Of a stretch of DNA of 64,000 nucleotides, positions 42,348 through 52,442 are shown in pieces. Position 1 is the stretch's first letter; each line of letters starts with the position of its first letter. This DNA comes from an uncultured Phycisphaerales bacterium (GTDB lineage Bacteria; Planctomycetota; Phycisphaerae; Tepidisphaerales; Tepidisphaeraceae): NCBI GenBank assembly GCA_963755915.1, contig CAVWLP010000002.1, positions 1,120,001 to 1,184,000 of the forward strand, given 5' to 3'. The notes below the pieces were generated by a model. It ran no database searches, was not told the origin of the DNA, and saw only the letters and a program-made list of their open reading frames with translations. A program made the translations under genes and the position numbers.

Positions 42348-42956
42348 ATGGGTGCATGGGAACCGATCCCCGGCGAGACACCGATTGATCCTTCTCAGCT
42401 TGTGCCGTCGCTTAGGCGGACAATCCGCCACCGCTCTGAACTCAATATTCTGGAAGCCCGAAGCATCCGGCCGGCGGTTGTGAAGTATCTGGCGGGGAAG
42501 CCGACGCGCCGGCAGGCGCCCTTTACCCTGGATTGGATTTACAAGTTGCATCGTGAAATGTTTCGCAAGGTGTGGGTGTTTGCCGGGAAGAGAAGAAATC
42601 GGATGCTGAATATTGGGATTGAGGTTTATCAGATTGATCCTCAATTGCGCCAATTGCTGGATGACTTGGCGTACTGGGGGGAACACGAGATCCATGGGAT
42701 GATCGAACAGGCCGCGCGTCTGCATCATCGTGCAGTGCAAATCCATCCGTTTGAGAACGGCAATGGTCGATGGTCGCGATTGCTGGCAAATATCTGGTTG
42801 AAGCAAAACGATGAGCCGATCACGGCATGGCCCGATGAAACCATCGGCGATAAGAGTGTGATTCGCGGGAAGTACATTGATGCGGTGCAGGCTGCCGACA
42901 AGGGCGATTACGCCTTGCTGATTGAGTTGCACGAACGGTTTACTCTCAAGGCGTGA
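42348..42956 (+). CDS. Fic-domain protein (mobile mystery protein B)
   Basis: PGETPID, ELNILE, LHREMF..VW..AG, IHPFENGNGRWSRL. Confidence 0.9.
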   Translation: MGAWEPIPGETPIDPSQLVPSLRRTIRHRSELNILEARSIRPAVVKYLAGKPTRRQAPFTLDWIYKLHREMFRKVWVFAGKRRNRMLNIGIEVYQIDPQLRQLLDDLAYWGEHEIHGMIEQAARLHHRAVQIHPFENGNGRWSRLLANIWLKQNDEPITAWPDETIGDKSVIRGKYIDAVQAADKGDYALLIELHERFTLKA

Positions 42957-43037
42957 ATCTACGAGAAAATCGGCCGTCCGGCATGCGGCCAAGTCTCACA
43001 CGGCAGACCGAAACCAAAGGTCCAAGCCAAGCATTTT

Positions 43038-44768
43038 TTACCGGGCTTGCGCACCGACCCACCCTGTCACCACTTTTACAGCCGGCCGCTCATAACCGCT
43101 GACGTCTTGAACCGGAACGTCAAACGGCTGCTCGTTTTTCGCATGATGGGCGACGAAATCGGCGACCTCTTCGGGCCAATTGAATAGCGGTCCCGCGTTC
43201 CACGCCAGCACGGGGTTTGGCGCGGCGCCGATGGTTGGAGGCGGTGTCTGATCGTAGCCGGGCTTGAAGTAATCACCGACCAGATAAACCGCGTGTCCGC
43301 TTTGCAGGGTTTCGGCGATCTGCCGCAGGACTGGCTTGGTTGCGTAAGGGTCGTGAACCGGTTTGTCGAGCAGGTCCATTTTGGCATAAGCCAGGAAATC
43401 AATTCCCGGCAAAGCGACGAATTTTGCCGGGCCTTTGTCATAGCGCTGAAAGGTGATCCCATAAAAGAAGGGCGAAATCACGACGAGATCGCCCTGGTTT
43501 TCGACGCGCGACAGTCGATCGCAGATCAGATCGATGTTGGTCTTGCGCAGGGCGGCATTGTCCCAATTGGCCTCAGCGGTGGCAGCGCAGTAGTAGATTG
43601 CCCCCAGACAGAGAATGATCCGCACGACCGGGGTTTGCGTCGAGGACATCAGCCCATCCACGCAGGCCGCAACCAGCGCCAGCAGCGCCACGTAATACCA
43701 GGGCTGCATGACATAGGAGAGGGAATACAAAAACGCCCAGTAGCCGACGATCCCGACCAGGAGAACGGTGAGGTGATAGGTCAGCACATCTTTGCGAAAA
43801 TCGCTCGGGCCGAAGGAGTTGGGAGGATCGGCGGGGGCCGGCACAGTGGACCGACTGCGGCCAATTCGCAGCAGCGTCAAAACTCCAACCACGAGCGCGG
43901 CGAAGAACGCCGCTTCCCAGATTCGATCGTTGTGCGTATTTCTCAAAACCGGGTTCATTGAGTCATAGCCGACAGCCTCGACGAATTTGAAAATGAACCA
44001 CGACAAGCTCGGCGCATGCTGCCAGGTGCTGCGATATCCAGCGGTGCGGGCTAACAACACATGATACGGCACCATGGAAACAGCACAGACCAGCCCGATG
44101 CTTCCGATGAGCAGCACCCGCTTCAATTTCCGATGCCGCAGCGCCACGATCGCCGCGCCGCAGCAGATGGCGAACAGGATGACGCTGTTATAAAAAAGGA
44201 CCTGCACGCCGGCGAGGGCGGTGAGCGAAGCGAGGGCGACGCGCGGCGCAGTCGGGCGAGTGGCCACATCCCACATGAATCCCAGCGTGAGAAGCCCGAG
44301 CAATATCCCCAGCCCATAGGCTCGAATGGAATCGCCGTCGTAGACGAAAGCGCTGGTGAAGCCAAGCAGCGCCAGCATGGCGATGGGCGCAGGCAGGCGA
44401 AACCGCCGCGCGTTGGCCCAGATCGTGGCCAGTATTCCCAGCCCGATCAGAAGGCCGAAGAGGCGAATCCCGCGATCGCTCGTGCCAATTCCGCTGCGAA
44501 TCCAGACGCGGAGGATGAGATGCCAGAGCAGGGGGAACGAATCGTATTGAAGATTATTGATGACGTCGGAAATCGTGGGGCTGTTGCAGAGATTGACGCT
44601 GGTGATTTCATCGCGCCAGAGTCCTCCGGCGTGGAGAAAAAACCGGAGGTGAAAAACGATCCAGGCCAGCGTTAGCGCCCCCGCCAGGCACCATTCAAAA
44701 ACCGCGGCAAAGCGCGAGAGCGTGAATTTTCTTCCGTGCGGGTTTGGGGCAAGGGAAACCTGATTCAT
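43038..44768 (-). CDS. Polytopic membrane protein, probable GT-C-fold glycosyltransferase
   Basis: GGLWRDE after first helix, PLLWHLILR, IRAYG; about 12 helices plus soluble C-terminus. Confidence 0.72.
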   Translation of the reverse strand: MNQVSLAPNPHGRKFTLSRFAAVFEWCLAGALTLAWIVFHLRFFLHAGGLWRDEITSVNLCNSPTISDVINNLQYDSFPLLWHLILRVWIRSGIGTSDRGIRLFGLLIGLGILATIWANARRFRLPAPIAMLALLGFTSAFVYDGDSIRAYGLGILLGLLTLGFMWDVATRPTAPRVALASLTALAGVQVLFYNSVILFAICCGAAIVALRHRKLKRVLLIGSIGLVCAVSMVPYHVLLARTAGYRSTWQHAPSLSWFIFKFVEAVGYDSMNPVLRNTHNDRIWEAAFFAALVVGVLTLLRIGRSRSTVPAPADPPNSFGPSDFRKDVLTYHLTVLLVGIVGYWAFLYSLSYVMQPWYYVALLALVAACVDGLMSSTQTPVVRIILCLGAIYYCAATAEANWDNAALRKTNIDLICDRLSRVENQGDLVVISPFFYGITFQRYDKGPAKFVALPGIDFLAYAKMDLLDKPVHDPYATKPVLRQIAETLQSGHAVYLVGDYFKPGYDQTPPPTIGAAPNPVLAWNAGPLFNWPEEVADFVAHHAKNEQPFDVPVQDVSGYERPAVKVVTGWVGAQAR

Positions 44769-44783
44769 CGGGGAAATCTTGAA

Positions 44784-44856
44784 AGCGGGCGAAGGGAGTC
44801 GAACCCTCAACATTCGGCTTGGAAAGCCGACACTCTGCCAATTGAGTTACGCCCGC
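44784..44856 (-). tRNA. tRNA-Gly (anticodon TCC), CCA not encoded
   Basis: GCGGGCG/CGCCCGC acceptor stem, D arm CTCAATTGGCAGAG, anticodon arm TCGGC-TTTCCAA-GCCGA, T loop GGTTCGACTC. Confidence 0.97.
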
Positions 44857-44902
44857 GTTGGGCGGGAAAAGGATACCGGAAGATGGGGGATGAACCAAGA
44901 GA

Positions 44903-44962
44903 GATTGCCGATTGCCGATTGCCAATTGAAATGCAGAAGCTCCTGTCTTTCAATCGGCAATT
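44903..44962. repeat. Inverted tandem-heptamer element (ATTGCCG / CGGCAAT)
   Basis: GATTGCCGATTGCCGATTGCCAATTGAAA...TTTCAATCGGCAATT. Confidence 0.85.
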
Positions 44963-46530
44963 GATTTGACCCGCCGCCGTCTTCGTGATTCTACTCCCGT
45001 AAACCACGCGGCGATCAGGGCCGCAATCGCCCCCTGCCCCGCCACGCCCAGCCATGCGGATTTCAGGGGATGGTCCAAGGCATTGGCGATGGTTCCCAGC
45101 GGGGAATAGAGGGAAAAGAGATTCATTTTCGGGTCGAGATCGTTGACCCCGTAATAGATCACATCCGCCACGATCGGCAGGAACCAGAGCACGACAATGA
45201 TGATGAAAATGAGAATCCCCGCCCGACTGATCGCCGGCGAAAAAATGCGCAGCAGCAGGTAGGTTTCAATCAGATAGATCCCACAGGCCGAGGCGATCAT
45301 GGCCACGCTTTGGTTCACCGGGACGACGGGGATTCGCACCGAGGGAGGCGCCGGCGCGGCCACCGGGGGCAGAGTGATGGTCCGCGTGTAGACCCGGCCG
45401 TTGGAAATGCGGGTCGTCGCATAAACCGTCTGCGGCATATTCTGGAAGGAGAAGGATGTGAGGATGCTTGACTCATAGCTGGAGGTGAGGGGAATCATGA
45501 CGAATAAAAGTGAGACGGGCAGGCAGAGCCAGAGATTGCCGGGACGGGGAAGATTTTTGTCGCCCTCGTTCTGCCGCTGGGCGCGTGCGGCGTTGACGTG
45601 GGCGACGGCCCCCAGCGGCAGGATAGCCACGAGCATCGAGGTCGCCATCGCCCCCACGACCAGCACGCGCCATGCGATCGACTGATATTCCAGCATGACG
45701 GGCCGGAGGTCATGGAAGTCGTAGATTCCAAACCAGGAGAGCCCGGCCCAGATTCCCAGCGCCGCCAGCGCCGGGGCGAGGGTGAGCCCGATGGCGGCGG
45801 CATCGGCATATTTTCTCGCGGCCCCGCGGATACAAAGGATCGCCACCAGCCCCTGCGCAGCGAGCGCGACGAGGGTGCCCGGGGTAAGCTGTGGCGGGAC
45901 GCCGAAATCAAAAATCGTGTGGCCGTGCATGGGCGAGCAGAAGACCAGCAGTCCCGGCGCGATGACGAAAATAAACCCTCCCGAAAACGCGATGCCCATG
46001 ACCAGCGCGATCATCAACCCAACCACGGCGCGCGAAACGAACGCCGATGCCGCCATCGCCGTCCAGATCGACAGCGAGAATCCCAGCAGCATCGCGTTGG
46101 AGATGAGCCACGGCTGAACCGGAATTCCGCGAGCCTCGAAGAGAATGGCGCCGATCGCGAAATTGATCAGGCAGAGCGTCAGAATCTGCACGGTGGTCCC
46201 GGCGAGATATCCAACGATCGCCTGCACCGGGGAAAGGGGCATGAGGCGGTGCGATTCGATCAGATGATTGGTGATGTCGCGGCGCAGTGCCCCGGCCACG
46301 ATGTTGCCGCCCAGGATCACCAGGAAGACGCACTGGACGATCAGGTCCATGAATGAGGCGCCCTCGAGCACCTGCATTTTTTCGCCCGGACGGTCGGCGA
46401 GCTGGTAGAAGAGCTCGATGAAGAAGGCGGCGCCAAGCGTGTATGCGATCGAAGTAAGCAGCAGGTTCCTTAATCCGCCGCGGAGGCGGAACTGCGCCCA
46501 GGAGATCGCGTTGTCGACGTACAGAGCCAT
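44950..46530 (-). CDS. ABC transporter permease-like membrane protein
   Basis: Many hydrophobic helices, RDITNHLIESHRLMPLS; abuts the ABC ATPase. Confidence 0.8.
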   Translation of the reverse strand: MALYVDNAISWAQFRLRGGLRNLLLTSIAYTLGAAFFIELFYQLADRPGEKMQVLEGASFMDLIVQCVFLVILGGNIVAGALRRDITNHLIESHRLMPLSPVQAIVGYLAGTTVQILTLCLINFAIGAILFEARGIPVQPWLISNAMLLGFSLSIWTAMAASAFVSRAVVGLMIALVMGIAFSGGFIFVIAPGLLVFCSPMHGHTIFDFGVPPQLTPGTLVALAAQGLVAILCIRGAARKYADAAAIGLTLAPALAALGIWAGLSWFGIYDFHDLRPVMLEYQSIAWRVLVVGAMATSMLVAILPLGAVAHVNAARAQRQNEGDKNLPRPGNLWLCLPVSLLFVMIPLTSSYESSILTSFSFQNMPQTVYATTRISNGRVYTRTITLPPVAAPAPPSVRIPVVPVNQSVAMIASACGIYLIETYLLLRIFSPAISRAGILIFIIIVVLWFLPIVADVIYYGVNDLDPKMNLFSLYSPLGTIANALDHPLKSAWLGVAGQGAIAALIAAWFTGVESRRRRRVKSIAD

Positions 46531-47477
46531 TATTCCACCTGGCGGATTTGAGAGCGGAGATACGTTTCTTCAAGATTGCCGGCATTGGCGCTGAAGCCGG
46601 CGACGGGGATGCCCAGGCTCATCAGCGACGCCAGCAGAGAGGCCGCCTCGTCGCGGGTGATGCCGAATTCGAGCACGACGCGATCGGAATCGGCCTCGAC
46701 ATGCGAGGCGCCGGGGATTTTTGCGACCGCGGCCGCAAGCTGCGGAAAAGGGTGGGCGAGCAAAACGGTGTATCGGCAGCGATCGCCATGGGCCGCCTGG
46801 GAAACTTCCGTCACGGTGCCGCACCGGGTCATCCGGCCTCCGGACATAATGCCGATGTGCGTGCAGTATTCATCCATGTCCGAAAGGATGTGGCTGGAGA
46901 CGATCAGGGCCTTCCCCTGGTCGCGAAGATTGGCCAGAAGCTGGCGGAACTGCGCCCGCCCGGCGGGATCAAGGCCGGCGGCCGGTTCGTCGAGGAGGAT
47001 CACCGAAGGATTAGGCAGCAGTGTCCGCGCAATGCCGACGCGCTGGCGCATGCCGCGGGAGAGCTGCTTGATTTTCTGGTCGGCCTTCTCGCTGAGCCAG
47101 ACTTTTTCCAGCCAGAAACCGATTCGCTCGTTGATTTCGGAGGTGGAAAGATCGTAGCCCATGCCGACGAAGTGCAGAAACTGGCGCACCGTGAGGTTGT
47201 CGTACATGGGCGGCGTGTCGGGCGTGAACCCGACGTGGCGGAGCACGTCTCGCGCTCCGTTCAGCGGTGAGCCCAGGATCTGAATCGCGCCGCAGCGAAT
47301 GGGCTGAAGCCCGACGGCGGCGCGCATCAGGGTGGTTTTGCCGGCGCCGTTGGGACCGATCAGGCCCAGGAGGTTTCCGCCGTGAAGTCGCAGTGAGACG
47401 TCGGAAACCGCGCGAAGCGGGCCGAAGGAGACGGAAATGTTTTCCAGCGAAAGTAGGGGTTGGGCGGGGGCGGTCAT
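46530..47477 (-). CDS. ABC transporter ATP-binding protein
   Basis: GPNGAGKTT, LSRGMRQR, ILLDEPAAGLD, SSH. Confidence 0.95.
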   Translation of the reverse strand: MTAPAQPLLSLENISVSFGPLRAVSDVSLRLHGGNLLGLIGPNGAGKTTLMRAAVGLQPIRCGAIQILGSPLNGARDVLRHVGFTPDTPPMYDNLTVRQFLHFVGMGYDLSTSEINERIGFWLEKVWLSEKADQKIKQLSRGMRQRVGIARTLLPNPSVILLDEPAAGLDPAGRAQFRQLLANLRDQGKALIVSSHILSDMDEYCTHIGIMSGGRMTRCGTVTEVSQAAHGDRCRYTVLLAHPFPQLAAAVAKIPGASHVEADSDRVVLEFGITRDEAASLLASLMSLGIPVAGFSANAGNLEETYLRSQIRQVE

Positions 47478-47520
47478 TGAGTGGGAGGGTATTGTAGTAA
47501 AGACGGAGCGGGGGAAGAAA

Positions 47521-47606
47521 GATTGCCGATTGCCGATTGCCAATTGCCGAATGAAAAGGCGCCGATCCGTTTTGCATTCGGCAATTGGCAATCGGCAATC
47601 GGCATT
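47521..47606. repeat. Inverted tandem-heptamer element
   Basis: (ATTGCCR)x4-AATGAAAA...TTTGCATT-(YGGCAAT)x3-CGGCATT. Confidence 0.9.
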
Positions 47607-47639
47607 TCGTTTCGCGTTTCTTCCCCTTACACTCCCGCC

Positions 47640-48443
47640 GTGCCGATCGATTTCTCGCCTTATCAAGCGGTCTTGCTGGACCTTGACGGAACGGTTTACC
47701 ACGAAAGCCAGGCGTTGCCGGGGGCGATGCCGCTGATTCGGCGGCTGCAGGAGCAGCGCAAGAATTACGCCTGCCTTTCCAACAGCACGTCGAGCCCCAT
47801 GCGGGTGACGATGCGGCTGGCGGAGATGGGCGTGGAGGTGGATCTCGACCGCGTCTATACCGCGGCGGCAGCGGCAGCGGATTACGTCATCACGCACATC
47901 AGGCCGCCCGACCATCCCCGGCCGCGGGTGTTTAACCTGGCGACCGAGGGCTTGCAGGAAATGCTGGAGGGGATGGTCGACTGGGTGCAGTCGGAGCACC
48001 AGCCGTGCGACGCGGTGGTGATCGGCGCCCCGGCCAATTCGCATGCCACGTTCGAGCGGCAGTTCTCGGCGCTACAACTTCTGAGGAAGGGGGCGGTGGC
48101 GGTGGGGATTTGCTCCGACCGGGTCTATCCAAGCGAGCGCGGGATCGAATTCGGCAGCGGCGCGCTCACCTGGCAGCTCGCCTATGCGGCCAACGTCGAT
48201 CCGGTTTTCTGCGGCAAGCCGCAGTCGATTTTTTTCACGGAGCTTTGCCGGCGGCTGAACGTGCAGCCGGATTGGTGCATCCTGATTGGAGATAACCTGG
48301 AATCGGACATCGAAGGGGCGAAAGCAGTGGGGATGCGGACGGTGCTGACGCTGACGGGCGTGGCGCGGAGTGCCGACCTGGTGAATCTTCCGGCGCAGTG
48401 GCAGCCGGATTTGGTGGTGCAGGATTTGACGGAGCTGCTGTGA
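47640..48443 (+). CDS. HAD-IIA family hydrolase (NagD-like)
   Basis: LLDLDGTVY, LSNS, CGKP, IGDNLESDIEGA..GM. Confidence 0.92.
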   Translation: MPIDFSPYQAVLLDLDGTVYHESQALPGAMPLIRRLQEQRKNYACLSNSTSSPMRVTMRLAEMGVEVDLDRVYTAAAAAADYVITHIRPPDHPRPRVFNLATEGLQEMLEGMVDWVQSEHQPCDAVVIGAPANSHATFERQFSALQLLRKGAVAVGICSDRVYPSERGIEFGSGALTWQLAYAANVDPVFCGKPQSIFFTELCRRLNVQPDWCILIGDNLESDIEGAKAVGMRTVLTLTGVARSADLVNLPAQWQPDLVVQDLTELL

Positions 48444-48672
48444 TTTTTTTTGCGCCGTCCCATCGATTACAAAACTTGACACTCCGCAACAAAATGGGGG
48501 TTTTGGGCAATCTGGGAAGAATTTGGATAAGAAAGCCGAATTCTGACGATTTTTGCAACTCTGATGGGGATAGCCGCATTTCAGATGTGTATCCCGGCGT
48601 AATGATTTGTGGTCGAATCATGCGCTAACCAAATCTTTAAATTTCTGTGGACATTTCAGAGGAGGGTTTGCC

Positions 48673-51084
48673 ATGGCAAAGCAACGCCGCCCTGTTTTTG
48701 CGGAGACGCTCGAAGCGCGCATTTTGATGTCGAGTTATGTGCTGAGCGATCCACTGCTGGCCAATGTTTCGGGGCAGATTGGTATCGGCGATGTGATCGC
48801 GGATTCGGCCGGGAATGTGTACGGGACTGTGACCACGGCAAACGGCGCGACGGATATTTTCGAGGTTGCCGCCGGCACACACACCATGACCACGCTGGCT
48901 TCGATCGACGAAACCTACGTTGGCGATTTGATGGTGGATTCGCAGGGGAATATTTACGGCGCCACCGGGTCGAACAACTACACTGTCAGCAGCGTCTCCA
49001 GCGTCTTTGAAATCGCCGCGGGTTCGCATCAGTTCCAAACCCTGGCGACGATTCCCAGCGAAGATGGCATCGGACCGGCCGGGCTTGTCTTAGACTCCTC
49101 CGGCAATATTTACGGCATTACTTATGAGAGCAGCCTATTGGGTAATGCCACCTTGTTTAAAATCGCCGAGGGGACGCATCAATTCTCGGTGGTGGTGAAC
49201 TTCGAATTTGTGTTCGATGGGATACAGGCGCCCTACCCGTGCCTGGCGGTCGATGGCGCCGGGAATATCTATGGGCTGGCCAGTCAGACCGGGGATACGA
49301 ACAACCTGATGGTTTACGAGGTGCCGGCGGGGTCGAATACGCCCGACGTGCTGCAGACCATCCCCGCCTCCGAGGCGAGTTGGCCGAATGCGGGGCTGGT
49401 CGTCGATGCCCAGGGGAATCTTTATGGAACGACGCAAAACGGCGGGTACGGCTGGACGGGAAATCAACTCTCGGGAGATGCGCCCAGCGAGCCGACGGGC
49501 GATGGGACGATTTTTGAAATTGCCGCCGGAACGCATCAATTTTCGGTGCTCGCTCAATTTGACGGAACCAATGGCAGCGAGCCGTACGGCGGATTGGCCA
49601 TCGATTCCAACGGAGATCTCTTCGGGACCACGCAATTTTCAGGCTCGATTGCAACGGATGGCTCGGTATTTGAATTGCCGGCGGGAAGCCAGACGATCAC
49701 GACGATCGCGTGGTTTAACAGCACAGATGAGCCGGCGGGCGACTTTTCCGTTGATTCAAATGGGAACCTCTATGGCTCATCGGGGGCGGGGGTATTTGAA
49801 TTGAGTCCCCAGGCGACAGCAGCGAACAAACTGGTCTTCATCGATCAGCCCGCGGGCGGCTTCGACAGCATTTCCAGGTATCAGGCGATGCCGCCCATCA
49901 CGGTGGCGATCGAGGATGCCAACGGCAACGTGGATACGGACTTCAATGGCCTTGTGACTTTGGGAATCGAAAGCGGGCCGTCGGGAGCGGTACTTGGCGG
50001 AACGCTGACGGTGGCGGCCGTGAATGGCCTCGCGACGTTTACCTTTATCGCCGAGGCAACCCCAGGGAAGTATACGCTCGATGCGTCCAGTGCCGGGTTC
50101 GTCGCCAACAGCGGAGTGTCGGCAAGCTTCAGCGTCACCGGCATCAGTTCGATCGACGAAGCAAACATGAATGTCATCAGCGGGTGGGTGTTTGATCCGA
50201 ACAACCCCAGCGCTGAACTCAATATTGAGATCGATATCCTTGGCGGACTGTCGCAAACGATCAGTGCGGACCTGGACCGTCCCGACATCACGTCGGTGAC
50301 GGCGGGTTATGCGGATCACGGCTTCACCTATACGACCCCGATGCTCAGCACGGGGGACCACACGGCGTATGTTTATGCGATCCTGAGCGACGGATCGAAG
50401 GTGCTGATCGGAACCGAGACGCTGGTGAGCCAGAACTCGCTGTTCGACGAGCACTATTACCTGGAAAAGTATCCGAACGTCGCGGCAGCGGTGGCGGCCG
50501 GGCAGTACGCCACGGGGTACGACCAATATGTGAAATATGGGCAGTATGAGGGGTACAGCCCATCGCCCTTCTGGAACGAAACGTGGTATTTGCTCGAAAA
50601 CCCCGACGTGTCGCTGGCGGTGGTAACGGGGAAAGTCAGTTCGGGCTTCATGCAATATTATCTGTACGGCCAGTACGAAAACCGCGGCGGGCTGCTTTAT
50701 TTCAATTCGGGTTACTACTTGTCGCTCTATTCCAACATTGGGGCTGCGATCTCGGCAGGGACCGTAACCTCGGCTTATGAGCATTACGTGGATTTCGGGC
50801 AGTATGAGGGGTACAGCCCGATGATCTATTTTTTGCCGGCGGTTTACGATGCGGATAATCAGGACATCGCCCCTTACGTGAGCGGGGAGCCGTTCACGTC
50901 GGACTTCGAGCAGTTCCTGGAGTATGGACAATTCGAAGGCCGGGTGGCGTCATATTATTACAACGAGCAGACGTACCTGGCGAACAATGCGGATGTGGCC
51001 GCGGCAGTGGAGGCAGGGGTTTTTGCGGATGGGTTTATTCAGTGGCTGGAGTATGGGCAGTATGAGGGAAGGATATCGGTGTGA
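48673..51084 (+). CDS. Large secreted LEPRxLL-type repeat protein (beta-propeller-like repeats, Ig-like domain, Tyr-rich C-terminal repeats)
   Basis: AETLEARILMS; about 7 DxxGNxYG...FEIAAG repeats; FDEHYYLEKYPNVAAAV...YGQYEG repeated 5 times; GGAGG RBS. Confidence 0.88.
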   Translation: MAKQRRPVFAETLEARILMSSYVLSDPLLANVSGQIGIGDVIADSAGNVYGTVTTANGATDIFEVAAGTHTMTTLASIDETYVGDLMVDSQGNIYGATGSNNYTVSSVSSVFEIAAGSHQFQTLATIPSEDGIGPAGLVLDSSGNIYGITYESSLLGNATLFKIAEGTHQFSVVVNFEFVFDGIQAPYPCLAVDGAGNIYGLASQTGDTNNLMVYEVPAGSNTPDVLQTIPASEASWPNAGLVVDAQGNLYGTTQNGGYGWTGNQLSGDAPSEPTGDGTIFEIAAGTHQFSVLAQFDGTNGSEPYGGLAIDSNGDLFGTTQFSGSIATDGSVFELPAGSQTITTIAWFNSTDEPAGDFSVDSNGNLYGSSGAGVFELSPQATAANKLVFIDQPAGGFDSISRYQAMPPITVAIEDANGNVDTDFNGLVTLGIESGPSGAVLGGTLTVAAVNGLATFTFIAEATPGKYTLDASSAGFVANSGVSASFSVTGISSIDEANMNVISGWVFDPNNPSAELNIEIDILGGLSQTISADLDRPDITSVTAGYADHGFTYTTPMLSTGDHTAYVYAILSDGSKVLIGTETLVSQNSLFDEHYYLEKYPNVAAAVAAGQYATGYDQYVKYGQYEGYSPSPFWNETWYLLENPDVSLAVVTGKVSSGFMQYYLYGQYENRGGLLYFNSGYYLSLYSNIGAAISAGTVTSAYEHYVDFGQYEGYSPMIYFLPAVYDADNQDIAPYVSGEPFTSDFEQFLEYGQFEGRVASYYYNEQTYLANNADVAAAVEAGVFADGFIQWLEYGQYEGRISV

Positions 51085-51130
51085 TGGGCGGGGGCATTTG
51101 CATCCGAAGTCACCGGATCAAAATTAAGTG

Positions 51131-51483
51131 CTAGGCGCGAATTCGAATTCCAGCTTCATCGACAATCCACAGCGTGCCGGAGAGGGTTTCGCTTGCGAGA
51201 CGATTAACTGCCGATCGCAATAGCTTCAGAACATGGGATTTTGCCTGGATATTTGGACGCAGAACAACGAGGCCGCTGTATTCGGCCGGTGGATATCTCC
51301 AGATGTTAGCGAAGTCCAAATCGAGCGTAACCAAAGCTCGTCCTTCCAACTTGCAGACCTGCGCCAACTTGGAATCGGGTCCACCGCCCATCGCCTGATC
51401 GATTACCGTCAGCGCGTCATGGCTTGCCTGGATGAAGATTTCTGCCGATTCCTGCGGCAGATTCTCATCAATCTTGAATCGCA

Positions 51484-51484
<1 letters not shown>
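51131..51484 (-). CDS. DUF5615 PIN-like protein (putative toxin)
   Basis: MRFKIDENLP, HDALTV, D, RALVTLDLDFAN, GLVVLR. Confidence 0.88.
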
Positions 51485-51732
<248 letters not shown>

Positions 51733-51771
51733 TCATCGAATGCAAAAAATTGTAAGACCAGGGGCGGAGTG

Positions 51772-52167
51772 TCAATCGCGTTTGAGTTTCGCCCGGTGCT
51801 CCAGCCGTTGGAACACATTTTCGATTTTCGTGAGTGTTCGCACGCTTGGGATAGTCACAGCCCGCTCGGCGCGGTTGAGGACTTCAGCCCGGATCCCAGC
51901 AAGTTTTGCCAATCCGGCCTGCGAAAGCCCCAGGCGCTTGCGGCGCTGAACGATATTTCGGGCGATGGCGGCATCGGCAAACGCCAGCGCGGGGCGATTG
52001 CCTTTCGAGTCGGCGGGGGGTAGCGGGGGCAGTCAGTCGTGTCCGCCGTTCGTTTTCTCTGCTTTCAAGCGAGCCAGTGGAACTTTTGTAGAAGCGATTT
52101 TGAGCCAATCGGATTCCGGAACCAGCACGAAGTTTCGATGGTTGAGAACGATTTTGGTTGCCGTCAT
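51772..52167 (-). pseudogene. HigA-like XRE HTH antitoxin interrupted by an in-frame TGA at 52033-52035 (not in ORF track)
   Basis: AGGAG RBS; MTATKIVLNHRNFVLVPESDW...GHD*LPPLPPADSKGNRPAL...RRKRLGLSQAGLAKLAGI...TLTKIE, all one frame. Confidence 0.8.
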
Positions 52168-52179
52168 ATCTACTCCTGA

Positions 52180-52432
52180 TCAGTCATAAACGTCGCGGCG
52201 GTTGCCGATTTTCCATACGGTCACGACATCGCCGCTTACACGGAAGACAATCCGGTAATCACCCGTGGCGAACCCGAAAATGTCCGGCCAACTCGCCCCG
52301 CATCGGCTTGGCGCCGCTGACATCGGGCCAATTAACCAGTCGCTCAAATACGGAACGCACTCTTCTCTGGATCGGCAAGGGCAATCGCTCAAACCGAGCC
52401 TGTGCTTCAGCCGTAATGATGAGCTGGGCCAT
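52180..52432 (-). CDS. RelE/ParE-family toxin (HigB position); apparent frameshift near 52268
   Basis: MAQLIITAEA..FERLP..IQRRV...KPMRGELAGHFRVR, then TGDYRIVF...VWKIGNRRDVYD*. Confidence 0.85.
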
Positions 52433-52442
52433 CGCATAATGG

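Larger units (their letters stand above)
41728..44830. mobile_element. Integrase-less ~3.1-kb island at tRNA-Gly, bounded by a degenerate direct repeat
   Basis: 41728-41777 matches 44782-44830 (3' two-thirds of tRNA-Gly) at about 42/50 positions; cargo includes mobile mystery proteins A/B. Confidence 0.8.

Noticed and set aside
52033-52035. Selenocysteine codon in the antitoxin
   Set aside because: Lies in a linker with no redox motif, and I see no SECIS-like hairpin directly downstream
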